Shown: piece by piece, positions 17,978 through 27,331 of the stretch
How positions within the stretch are numbered: the first letter of the stretch is position 1
Layout: each line of letters opens with the position of its first letter
Source of the DNA: an uncultured Desulfospira sp.
GTDB lineage: Bacteria; Desulfobacterota; Desulfobacteria; Desulfobacterales; Desulfobacteraceae
Assembly (NCBI GenBank): GCA_963663165.1
Contig: OY760175.1
Span: forward strand, 4,896,001 to 4,960,000
Length of the DNA stretch: 64,000 nucleotides
Direction of reading: 5' to 3'
Made by a program: the position numbers and the translations under genes
The notes under the pieces: model-generated
The model's input: the letters and a program-made list of their open reading frames with translations, nothing else
Databases searched by the model: none
Told to the model about the DNA's origin: nothing

Positions 17978-20620
17978 ATGAACGTTTTGAAACCAGAAAA
18001 ACAGGCAGCAATCAGCACATTACTCAACAAGAATGTAAGCCAGCGAGAAATCAGCAGGAAAACTGGTATTGACCGGAAGACAGTACGCCGATACATACGT
18101 CAAAACGCTCCCGGATCAATCCAAATTCCCCCACCGGAGGCCACATCAAAATCCCCCACCCCGGCCACCGATCAGATTGGAAAGCCCCCACCCCGGCCAC
18201 CGGCTGATTCAGTGGATTCAGGCCCCATACCGTTTCACGCAAGATCCGCCTGTGAGCCTCACCGGAAATGGATTGAAGACCAGGTTCGACTGGGCAGAAA
18301 CGCCATGGCTATCTATCAGGATCTGGTGGAGCAGTTCAGTTTTGAACATAAGTACAACAGCGTTAAACGCTTTGTCCGCAAGTTAAAGCGCAAAGACCCC
18401 AAGCAGTTTGACCGACTGGAGTTTAGGCCTGGAGAAGAAGCCCAGGTGGATTATGGCCAAGGCGCCTTAACCAAGGGGCCGAATGGCAAATACAAACGTC
18501 CCCGGTTATTTGTGATGACCCTGAAATATTCCGGGCGCTCCTTTCGCAAGGTGGTCTGGAAATCCAGTCAAGAAACCTGGGCCAGGCTCCATGAAGAGGC
18601 GTTCCGGTATTTCGGTGGTTGCCCTGAATACGTGGTCTTAGACAATTTAAAAGAGGGTGTTATCAAGCCGGATATCTATGAGCCTGAGTTGAACCCGGTT
18701 TATGCAGCTGTACTGGCTCACTACGGTGTAGTAGCAGACCCGGCCAGGGTACGAGATCCCGACCGCAAGGGCACGGTGGAGAATGCCGTTCAGCATACCC
18801 AGAATACAGCCCTGAAAGGAAAGCAGTTCGACACCATTGAAGCCCAGAATGAATGGCTGATGCACTGGGAAGAAAGATGGGCATCAACCCGGATACACGG
18901 CCGGAAGAAACGGCAGGTGGAGGAGATGTTCCAGGAGGAAAAGCCCCATTTGTCCCTCCTGCCGTTGAAAGGGTTTGAATATTTTCGCCAGGAGACCCGC
19001 ACAGTGTATGATGACGGAACTATCCAGGTAGACTCATGCTATTATTCCGCCTTGCCGGCGCCGTTGCACCAGGAAATCATTGTCCGGATTTATGAAACAC
19101 AGATTGACATCATCAATCCCCGGACCATGGAAAAAATCCGCACCCATATCAAAGGCGACCGGCCCGGAGCGGTTAAGATGGAGGAGGAAGACCGGATCTT
19201 CAATCCATCCCGGCAAACAACCAGCCTTTTGAATAAAGCCGAAAGTATCGGTCCTGCGACGAGACAGCTATGCGAACTGATTTTCAAGGAAAAGGGACGC
19301 CCCGGACAGCGCCGGATGCAGGGCATTGTCAATCTTGCCCGGAAACATGAGGCCGGCAGTATTGAGGCGGCGGCCCAAACAGCCATAGAGAAGGGATTGC
19401 GCAGTTACAAATCCTTTTGCCGGCTGGTTGAACACCAGAAATCATTTACAGATACCAGACCACAAGAGGGTATCAGCCAGGAGCATGAACTGATCCGGCC
19501 GTCAAATGATTACGGTCAGTTTTTCGACACGTATGCTGCAGGTAATCAACCCGTTATCTCAAAACAGGACCTGCCAAAGGTATGGCAAAGTGCCGACTGG
19601 TTGAAGGTGATGGCCGTTTTCGGCCTTGAGCCCCAAAAGAACAAAAAAGACGAAATCTGGATTCAATCCCCTTTTACCGGAGAACAGAACGCCTCTTTGC
19701 ATGTGCATCTGGGGCAGAATGTCTACAAGGACTTCAGCAGCGGCAAAGGCGGTGGAATCCTCAATTTCTGCCAGGATCTGCTCGCCCGCAAAGGGCGGGT
19801 GATGAACTGCTACCAAGTGGCGGAATGGATGATCAGCGAAGGCATTTCAAGCCTGAACAAACCCGTGGCCGTTGAGCCCAAACCAACTCCAGAAAAGAAT
19901 CAGGCCAACCCGCCGGTGAGTATTGATCTGCAACCGTTTCTGGAAATCGTTCATCCGGAACTTGAAAACCGGGGGATTTCCAATAAGGCCTGCAGATACC
20001 TGGGATGCGGATATCTGCCCAAGAGAGCCACAGGCAAAAGTTCTCCATTAAACGGAAGAGTGGTCTTTCAGGTGCGAGGGATCAGTCCGGAACTAACCCC
20101 TGTCATTCTAAGCCATGTCGGCCGTGCATTGACAGACCATCAGGCTGACCTGGATGGCAGATACTGGGGCTTTCCTTTCTCCAAAAAGCTGGAAATCTAC
20201 AACCAGGACAAACTGCTGCTGGACCCAAACGCCAGGGATCAGGTGGAACGATATGGCTTGACCCTTGTGGAGGGCTTTTTTGATGTGGCAGCCCTGGTGT
20301 CCGCTGACTGTTTGAATGCAGGCGCTCTCATGGGAGCACATCTGGCAGTGGAACAGGTTCTCCAACTCAGGTTTCTGGCATCACATATGGATATAAACAA
20401 GGTCAACCTTTTCCTGGACCGGGATGAGGCTGGAAGTAAAGGGACCCGGGCTGCGGCATCACTACTTACGCACCATGGGTTTACTGTAAATGTGTTTGAC
20501 TGGAACCACCGGTTCAGCCGGCCTGGATGTCCACCTGCAGGGATCAAGTCCGATATAAAAGATCCGGCGGACATGTCTGAAACCCAGCTCAAATACTTAA
20601 GAAAACAAGGGATGATTTAA
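17978..20620 (+). CDS. istA: IstA transposase fused to DnaG-like (degenerate Zn-binding + Toprim) module
   Basis: HTH, PGEEAQVDYG, LDNLK, KGTVE; after ~aa 525: SPF..E..S....KDFSSGKGG, LVEGFFD, LDRDEAG, KDPAD. Confidence 0.85.
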   Translation: MNVLKPEKQAAISTLLNKNVSQREISRKTGIDRKTVRRYIRQNAPGSIQIPPPEATSKSPTPATDQIGKPPPRPPADSVDSGPIPFHARSACEPHRKWIEDQVRLGRNAMAIYQDLVEQFSFEHKYNSVKRFVRKLKRKDPKQFDRLEFRPGEEAQVDYGQGALTKGPNGKYKRPRLFVMTLKYSGRSFRKVVWKSSQETWARLHEEAFRYFGGCPEYVVLDNLKEGVIKPDIYEPELNPVYAAVLAHYGVVADPARVRDPDRKGTVENAVQHTQNTALKGKQFDTIEAQNEWLMHWEERWASTRIHGRKKRQVEEMFQEEKPHLSLLPLKGFEYFRQETRTVYDDGTIQVDSCYYSALPAPLHQEIIVRIYETQIDIINPRTMEKIRTHIKGDRPGAVKMEEEDRIFNPSRQTTSLLNKAESIGPATRQLCELIFKEKGRPGQRRMQGIVNLARKHEAGSIEAAAQTAIEKGLRSYKSFCRLVEHQKSFTDTRPQEGISQEHELIRPSNDYGQFFDTYAAGNQPVISKQDLPKVWQSADWLKVMAVFGLEPQKNKKDEIWIQSPFTGEQNASLHVHLGQNVYKDFSSGKGGGILNFCQDLLARKGRVMNCYQVAEWMISEGISSLNKPVAVEPKPTPEKNQANPPVSIDLQPFLEIVHPELENRGISNKACRYLGCGYLPKRATGKSSPLNGRVVFQVRGISPELTPVILSHVGRALTDHQADLDGRYWGFPFSKKLEIYNQDKLLLDPNARDQVERYGLTLVEGFFDVAALVSADCLNAGALMGAHLAVEQVLQLRFLASHMDINKVNLFLDRDEAGSKGTRAAASLLTHHGFTVNVFDWNHRFSRPGCPPAGIKSDIKDPADMSETQLKYLRKQGMI

Positions 20621-20649
20621 GGGATGAAAAAAGAAAAAAAGGAGGTATC

Positions 20650-21429
20650 ATGAGTATGACGACCACGGAACTTGAAAAACACTTAAAAGAACTCAGGCTG
20701 AGCGGTATGCAGGCTACCCTGGAAAGCCGGGCATTACAGGCCAATCAGTCCAATGCAAGCCTTGTCGAAGGGCTGTCATGGCTGGTTCAGGATGAACTGG
20801 ATCATCGTTCTTCAAATCTTAAACAACGCAGATTCAAGGCATCCGGCCTGGATGAACTCCAGACGCTGACGGATTTTGACTGGGGGTTCAATCCAAAACT
20901 TCCTAAAAAGGAAATTTATGAACTGGTGACCGCCAAGTTCATAAAAAATGGAGAGCATGCCCTTTTAATCGGTGCGCCGGGTACTGGAAAGAGCCGGATT
21001 GCCAAAACCATTGCCCACGCATCTGTTCAATTGTTCCAGAAAACCTTGTACCGGGAGGCCCATGTGTTTTTTGAAGACATGTTCGAAGCCGAACAAACCC
21101 ATAATCAGAAAAAGATCTTCAAACTGTTTACACAGGCGGATCTTTTGGTTATTGATGATTTGTTCCTTCGTAAAAGAATGCCCAACGATGCGGCCGATTA
21201 CCTGCTGGATATCATCATCAACCGATATTCAAAAAGGAAGAGTACGGTAATAACGTCAAACAGACCCCTTGAAGACTGGGGCTTGCTGCTCAAAGACAAT
21301 GCCGCATCATCGGCCATACTGGATCGGCTGCTCCACCATGGTCACCTGCTGAAGTTCGAAGGGAAAAGCTACCGTCTCAAGGAAGCCGCTAAACGGCTCT
21401 CTGCGCCACAAAATAAGAACGAGGGATGA
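20650..21429 (+). CDS. istB: IstB AAA+ ATPase
   Basis: GAPGTGKS, LLVIDD, ITSN, AILDRLLHH, GKSYR. Confidence 0.95.
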   Translation: MSMTTTELEKHLKELRLSGMQATLESRALQANQSNASLVEGLSWLVQDELDHRSSNLKQRRFKASGLDELQTLTDFDWGFNPKLPKKEIYELVTAKFIKNGEHALLIGAPGTGKSRIAKTIAHASVQLFQKTLYREAHVFFEDMFEAEQTHNQKKIFKLFTQADLLVIDDLFLRKRMPNDAADYLLDIIINRYSKRKSTVITSNRPLEDWGLLLKDNAASSAILDRLLHHGHLLKFEGKSYRLKEAAKRLSAPQNKNEG

Positions 21430-21569
21430 AAAAAGGAAAAAATCGCAGATTTTAAGAGCATAACTTAGATCTCAATATTCTGTCGCTGGGGGATTTTGAC
21501 CCGGCCACAGGTGGGGGATTTTAAAGTGGCCATCCGGGATAGCTATCAATTTTTTTTCGACCAAGAAAA

Positions 21570-21925
21570 ATATATGGAGTGCGACAGGTTTTTAAAACGT
21601 GATAAGCTGTCTGCAGAACCTCGGGGATACGGGGCCTTTTCGGCAGGGTATGAATATCCAGATATTTATCCAGAGTCTGGGTCCGCCGCCATCCATTTTG
21701 GTCTGGATAGACCCGCCATAATTGAGAATCCTCTGCCAGGGCTGCCTTTGTACGGCCGGTGGACTCCACCCAGTAATGAATGGCCCGGTTCATCAGATCA
21801 ACAATAAGTTCAGGCAGCGATGCAGAATCTCTTTTTTGAACAACCTGATTCCAGGCAGGGTCTGATTCAAAACAGGTGTCTTTGATTAAAGCTGTGGCAT
21901 CGTTGATATCCGCAGCTTTGAGTTA
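21570..21925 (-). pseudogene. fragment of a conserved C-terminal domain (LAEDS..W...RTQTLDKYL...LPKRPR)
   Basis: recognisable motif but no start codon or N-terminus; fused against unrelated DNA. Confidence 0.45.
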
Positions 21926-22452
21926 ACTGCTTTTTTGTGCAGCCGGTATGGTTAGACGGGGAATACCCCCCGTATGCTTCGAGCATGTTTACCATCCATA
22001 CTCTGCCGTTATTTTAAGCCAGTCGTTTTGATTGGACATCCGCCGGGCTCTTATAACCATAATTTTTTTGATCAGGTTCTGCTCCTCCCCCGATCCCGCA
22101 ACTAACTCTGGCATAATCTTTTTTATGACCAGGCCTGTTTTGAATAGGACGGCATGAGGGTACATTTTTGTTTCTATGACGCAGCAGAAATCAACATCAC
22201 TGCTGCAGCTGCCAGGCTTGGGCGTTTTTATCCTTTGCCATTGGCGGTTGATCCTCAATAAGTGTTTGGTGCAGACTTTTTCTGTCTCCGGATATGAAAC
22301 TCAAGCCAGGGCTAAATATCAAAAAAACGGAAATTTCTCTGAAATTAACAAAAAAAAGGCTTTGGGTGGGGCTTACGGGAGCATATTATTTATTGACAAG
22401 TGGGGACCTTCTAAGTGTTAGCTTTTTATTATATTTTCATATTGTTACATAC

Positions 22453-22748
22453 TTTAAGCAGAACGGTTTTCCCAATAATCTGGCTTACGTTTATGTGAGC
22501 AACCGCAATGATTCGAATATGATCAGGTTCAATTGAATAAATGAGGTAGTAAGGGAACCTTGGAACCAAATAACACCTAAATGGTGCTTGCAAAATCCGA
22601 TATACGAATGGTGAGTCTGAAATTTGCTTAGCGGCAGACTCAATGGCAACTCGAAACCGCGTCCCAGGCCATTTTGACACTCTTCATAATACAAGATGGC
22701 TTCTAAGAATTCTTCCTTGGCTTCAGGGTCAAATCGTACCGGATTCAC
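22453..22748 (-). pseudogene. ParE/RelE toxin with two 1-nt frameshifts
   Basis: VRFDPEAKEEFLEA..YY...GLG / RFRVAIE...RFPYYLIY...IAVAH / RKPDYW in three frames. Confidence 0.8.
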
Positions 22749-22978
22749 TTGGCGATTAATCTTTCATCGTCTGAAAAAACTTCATGCGCTGGTATTCCAG
22801 GACGTAGCCCTTTCTGATATTCTTGATACCTACGCTCCGCTTCATCAAGCCATGCAATATCAATATCACTCAATGGGCTTTCGTTAAGAGAACTTAATAG
22901 GCGATCAGCCAAAAAGGCCCTTTCCTGAACAGAGAGATCAAGGGCTTCGTTTTCTATTTTTTTTAGTAAGTCACTCAT
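22745..22978 (-). CDS. addiction-module antitoxin (TIGR02574-like)
   Basis: AL.LS..ERA.LA..LL.SL...AW..EAERR; overlaps toxin start. Confidence 0.85.
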   Translation of the reverse strand: MSDLLKKIENEALDLSVQERAFLADRLLSSLNESPLSDIDIAWLDEAERRYQEYQKGLRPGIPAHEVFSDDERLIAK

Positions 22979-23072
22979 ATTTTTCAAATCCTTGCATTTG
23001 TTTTTAATATCTCAACAATAATACCATACTTTGAAAAAAATTGAGAAGGGTTCTTCAGTTCATCGTTTCGGA

Positions 23073-23181
23073 AGCTAACGCCGGAGTGGTACCGGTCACT
23101 CCGGCGTTGATCAAGGCGCGCGGAGCGCGCCTTGATCAACGTTAAAATCACCGGTTTATCCGGTGATTTTTCTGGTTGGGG
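23073..23181 (-). repeat. tandem attC-like hairpins around an empty mini-cassette
   Basis: CCCCAAC..GTTGATC, GATCAAC..GTTAGCT; three adjacent hairpins 23077-23108, 23105-23141, 23144-23170. Confidence 0.55.
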
Positions 23182-23234
23182 TTAAGCATAGTACCCCGGA
23201 ATTCGATTGAAAAATATGCAGCCTTTGCTGTAAA

Positions 23235-23546
23235 TCAGGCAAAAGCACTTCTGAGGGGTCTGGCTTTTTCTATTCGCGCTTTTCTTTCCGGGTTATGCAA
23301 GACGTTCCATATGTCAATACGTCTTTGTAAATTCAACCAAAATTCCGGCGTGTTTTCAAATACTGTTCCAAGCATCAATGCGGTATCAACCGTGATGGCT
23401 CTTTTCCCGGTACACAGTTCATTAACTGTCCTGCGGCTTACTCCCATTGCCTGGCCAAGTTGCCCTTGAGTGATCCCTAATGGTTTAAGGTATTCCTCGG
23501 TGATTATTTCCCCCACGCTCACAGGCTTTCTTTTTGTAATAATCAT
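23235..23546 (-). CDS. higA: HigA/VapI antitoxin
   Basis: GEIITEEYLKPLGITQ..L..AMGVSR..VNE...GKRAIT...PEFWLNLQ. Confidence 0.92.
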   Translation of the reverse strand: MIITKRKPVSVGEIITEEYLKPLGITQGQLGQAMGVSRRTVNELCTGKRAITVDTALMLGTVFENTPEFWLNLQRRIDIWNVLHNPERKARIEKARPLRSAFA

Positions 23547-23557
23547 TTTGTACCTCA

Positions 23558-23854
23558 TCATCTGTAATCATGGTTGTCCAGATAAATATGTCCCGCCTCG
23601 CCCCGAACATCATCCCATGTAAAGATTAGTCGCCATTGTTTATTAACCCTTATAGAATGTTTCCCTTTTAATGTCCCTGTCAATTTTTCAAAATGATTAC
23701 TTGGAGGAGTACGCAGATCCAAATCACAAGTTGCATCATCAATGATTTGCAATTTTCTAAAAAGAACATCTCGAATTGAAGATGGTATTTTTTTATGATT
23801 GACATCGTCGATAAAAAAATCCTGGAGCCATTTATGGCGAAAAGTTGCAATCAT
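23558..23854 (-). CDS. higB: HigB toxin (plasmid-maintenance killer family)
   Basis: MI.TFRHK.L, DLR.PPSNHFEKL.G, HSIRVNKQWRLIF.W, DYR; GTTAC/GTAAC palindromes upstream (23856-23880). Confidence 0.92.
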   Translation of the reverse strand: MIATFRHKWLQDFFIDDVNHKKIPSSIRDVLFRKLQIIDDATCDLDLRTPPSNHFEKLTGTLKGKHSIRVNKQWRLIFTWDDVRGEAGHIYLDNHDYR

Positions 23855-24176
23855 GGTTACACAGTAACACTCATGGTTACATTAGTAAAGTTTTATATGA
23901 TTTTTTTCATCCGTGCCATGAAACCAAATTACACCGTTATTTAAAAACATGTAACGAAAAAACTGTATCATGTTTAAATGCATAAGATATTGTAAAGTAT
24001 AGACAATAAAACCTCCTTGCGGCATGATAGCTTTTATATATGCGGCTGGATTAACATCAGTTATCCAGAATCAATTACCACAAGGAGGTTTCAATGGAGA
24101 GTATGCACTACATCGGAATGGATATCCACAAAAAAATAATTGCATTTTGCATTAAAACCTTTAGCGGGACATTAAT

Positions 24177-26022
24177 CCCAAAATAAGTGTGAAATAAGTA
24201 ATAAAAATGAGAAAAAAGTCTCGAAACGCCTATCAATAAAGAGTATAATGAGTTTGGCAAAACGAACTATACCAAATTGAAAGGGCGTTTCGAGTGAATA
24301 AGAATATCATCAAAAAATTGGCAAAACGCAAGAAAAAAATAAGCAAAAAACTGAACAAAAGAGATTGGACTGAGCAGCCAACTCCCATGCTAAAGGCATC
24401 CAATATCCAGTATGAGATCGACGGTCGCCTTCAGGGAATATCACATGGAGGCATTGGCCTGATCCATATGTTGGCCAAAAAGACCGGCCTTTTGAAAGAA
24501 ATCGATAAAGAACTTGAGCTGCTCAAGCGCCATTTGCCATATCATGAATCTGATCATGTCGCCAATATGGCATACAATATTCTTGCAGGCGGAACCTGTC
24601 TTCAGGACATTGAATTGCAAAGAAACAATGATGCCTGGCTTAATGCTCTGGACGCAAAAATGATCCCTGATCCGACAACGGCAGGGGATTTTTTGCGCCG
24701 GTTTTCCCAGGAAAATATCATTACCCTGATGGATGTGAAAAATACCATACGGAAAAAAATATGGGAAAAGCAGCCTCAAAATTTCAAAGAATCAGCCATC
24801 ATCAATATTGACGGAACTATCAGTGAGACAAGCGGCAAGTGCAAACAGGGTATGGACATCTCCTACAATGGTAAGTGGGGGTATGCCCCGCTGGTTGTTT
24901 CTCTGGAGAGAACAAGGGAACCTCTTTATGTCATCAACCGCTCGGGCAATGCCCCGTCCCACCTTGACTCTGCCCGGTGGGTGGATAAGGCTCTTGATCT
25001 GACGGAAGGCACTTTTAAAAAATTATACGTTCGGGGAGATACGGATTTCAGCCTTACCACGCACTTTGACAAATGGGATCAACGTTGTTCCTTTATTTTT
25101 GGCATGGATGCCAGATCAAATCTAACAAAACGTGCAAATGCTCTTCCTGAAACCGACTGGGTCAGGCTTGAAAAACTGTCTGCGAAAATTAAAACTCAGC
25201 CCCGGAAACGTCCTGAGAATATCAAACTTCAAGTGGTGAAAAAGCGCAAATTCAAACGCATAGAGACTGCGTATGAACATATAGCCGAGTTTGAATACAA
25301 ACCGGGAAAATGTCAAAAACCATACAGAATGATCGTTTTGCGTAAAACAATAAACGAGTTCAAGGGAGAATTACTACTGTTCGATGATATCCGCTACTTT
25401 TTTTATATTACCAATGATTGGAAAAAACCGGCCAAACAACTGGTAGCCTTTTACCGGAAACGGGCTGACCACGAAAATGATATTGAACAGTTGAAACATG
25501 GCGTACGTGCTATGGATAATCCTTCAGACTCTTTGAATGCCAACTGGGCCTATATGGTTATTACCTCCATGGCATGGGATCTGAAAGCCTGGTATGGGCT
25601 GCTGATGCCATATCGTGCATTAGGGCTTTCCATCATCCGCATGGAATTCAAGCGTTTTATCCAGACATTTATAAACATCCCCTGTTTAATTTTGAAATCT
25701 GGCAGGGCTATAAAATATCGAATTATTGGCTATAACAACCGGCTCCAAAGCATGTTCAAATATTTTGATTTTATAAGGACCGTCCGGGTTACATGATGCC
25801 ATTGCTCTCCGGATAGTTATTGCAAACGGGTTGCAATGGCGAGTCCAAACCCTGCAGTCTCAAAAAAGGAATGACAAAAACATGAAACACAAGACAACTG
25901 GCAATACTCAAAAAAACTGGGGACTCGTGTTTCTACTGGATGGCAAGTTGGTGGCCAAAATAATACCTCAAACGGCGGGTTGCTCATGAGTATATCTTTT
26001 TTGAAAACGCGCTTGTTTTGGG
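24177..26022 (+). mobile_element. IS1380-family element copy A (1846 bp)
   Basis: CCCAAAA..TTTTGGG ends; TSD ATTAAT. Confidence 0.92.
24294..25796 (+). CDS. IS1380 transposase
   Basis: PDPTTAGDFLRRF, IDGT, YAPL, RGDTDF, RADHENDIEQLK, NWAY. Confidence 0.92.
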   Translation: MNKNIIKKLAKRKKKISKKLNKRDWTEQPTPMLKASNIQYEIDGRLQGISHGGIGLIHMLAKKTGLLKEIDKELELLKRHLPYHESDHVANMAYNILAGGTCLQDIELQRNNDAWLNALDAKMIPDPTTAGDFLRRFSQENIITLMDVKNTIRKKIWEKQPQNFKESAIINIDGTISETSGKCKQGMDISYNGKWGYAPLVVSLERTREPLYVINRSGNAPSHLDSARWVDKALDLTEGTFKKLYVRGDTDFSLTTHFDKWDQRCSFIFGMDARSNLTKRANALPETDWVRLEKLSAKIKTQPRKRPENIKLQVVKKRKFKRIETAYEHIAEFEYKPGKCQKPYRMIVLRKTINEFKGELLLFDDIRYFFYITNDWKKPAKQLVAFYRKRADHENDIEQLKHGVRAMDNPSDSLNANWAYMVITSMAWDLKAWYGLLMPYRALGLSIIRMEFKRFIQTFINIPCLILKSGRAIKYRIIGYNNRLQSMFKYFDFIRTVRVT

Positions 26023-26977
26023 ATTAATCAAACAAGGAAAACTTCCCGCAACACGCAAGGCTCTTAGCAATTGGCTGGAGGGTTTGCCCCAGCCATGGAC
26101 CGCTGCGATGGAAGCCACATTATTTACAGCTTGGATATACGATTTTCTAAAGCCACATGCCCAATCCATCAAGGTGGCGCATCCTGAAATGCTGAAGGCC
26201 ATTACAGCCGCAAAGAAAAAAAATGATGTATCAGACGCTGAAAAGATAACTGATCTGCTAAGGGTGGATATGTTGCCGGAATGCTATATGATGCCGCAAG
26301 AGCTTAGGGATCTTAGAAGGGTATTACGCTATCGCAACCATATTGTTAGGACGGCAACAAAAGAAAAAAATAAAATCTCAGGCTTATTGATGGAAGCCGG
26401 CGCCCAGTATAATAAAAAACGGCTACACGGGAAGAAATATTTTTCAGAGCTTCTGGACACCGTGGAACATGTCCCTGATTCAGTAATCAATATGCTCAAA
26501 TTGAGCCGCTCTAATCTTGAAATATTTACGGATACACAGAAAAGGCTGGTACATACCATGAAGGTGAACGATCTCATACGAGACCGTGTCGAGCGCCTTT
26601 TAACAATTAGAGGCGTCGGTGAAGTTACAGCGCTGACCTGGGTTCTTGAGGTAGGTGAGCCTGAGCGGTTTCATTCAATTCGCCAGGCCATCAGCTACTG
26701 CGGACTTTGCGCCGCCCAAAAAGAATCGGCGGGCAAGGAGTATCGCGGACCGATCTCTAAAAAGAGGAACAAACACATTCAAACGATATTGATTGAGGCA
26801 GCCAAACTGGCCCCTGTCTGGAACCCCCAATTGGCTGAAGTTCACCAAAAAGAACTGGCCAAAGGCAACAAGAATAGAGCGACTCTGGCCGTCGCCCGAA
26901 AGTTGGTTGCGTATATGCTTGCTGTGGATAAAAGTGGGCAGCCATTCCAGGTCAAGGAGTCAGAAATGGCAGCATAA

Positions 26978-27311
26978 TTGATCATGAAAAAGCATTCGCA
27001 TGTATGGTTCTTCCTGCCGTTTCATGCAGTCTGGGGACTGAGTGACTGGTTTTAAACCATGATACTCCAGTAACGTGTTTCATGACCGGCAGGTTCCCCA
27101 AATTTAAACTTCTGCGATAGTCATCAGACCAGATGACTTGATGCAGCAAATGGATGTCTGGTCAAAAGAACCGATTTTTAGAACCGATTCTTTTTGGCAC
27201 AAAATTGATTAAGTTCCAATGCATGGCGTTTGTTTTCAGTAGTTTAGGGTAGTAGTAGGGTTACCGCCAAGAATGGATGGCTTTGGGTTGGGCAGGGGAG
27301 TTTTATTTTTT
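26978..27311 (+). ncRNA. candidate bridge/seek RNA region of the IS110 element
   Basis: ORF-free, structured; AAATGGATGTC (27148-27158) equals the rejoined target site. Confidence 0.5.
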
Positions 27312-27331
27312 ACTTGACAATACTTATCATG

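Larger units (their letters stand above)
17807..21538 (+). mobile_element. IS21-family element, 3732 bp, with primase-fused IstA
   Basis: IRs CCCGGATGGCCAC...AAAATCCCCCAC with tandem repeats at both ends; 4-bp TSD ATAG. Confidence 0.9.
22417..23079 (-). mobile_element. integron-type gene cassette carrying an addiction module
   Basis: minus strand begins GTTAGCT (23073-23079) and ends at the exactly complementary AGCTAAC (22417-22423); rest of its attC is lost. Confidence 0.7.
24094..26977 (+). pseudogene. IS110 recombinase split by IS1380 (343 aa when rejoined)
   Basis: MESMHYIGMDIHKK | KQGK...AMEAT, KKNDVSDA, GVG, SYCGL, ESAGK, AVARKL. Confidence 0.9.
23978..27331 (+). mobile_element. IS110-family (IS1111-type) element interrupted by IS1380
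   Basis: subterminal IRs ATAAGATATTGTAAAGT (23982) / ACTTGACAATACTTAT (27312); shared ATG core at both junctions; ~350-bp 3' non-coding region. Confidence 0.75.

Noticed and set aside
21989..22258. 89-aa ORF as a cassette gene
   Set aside because: No recognisable motif, clear RBS or matching attC boxes
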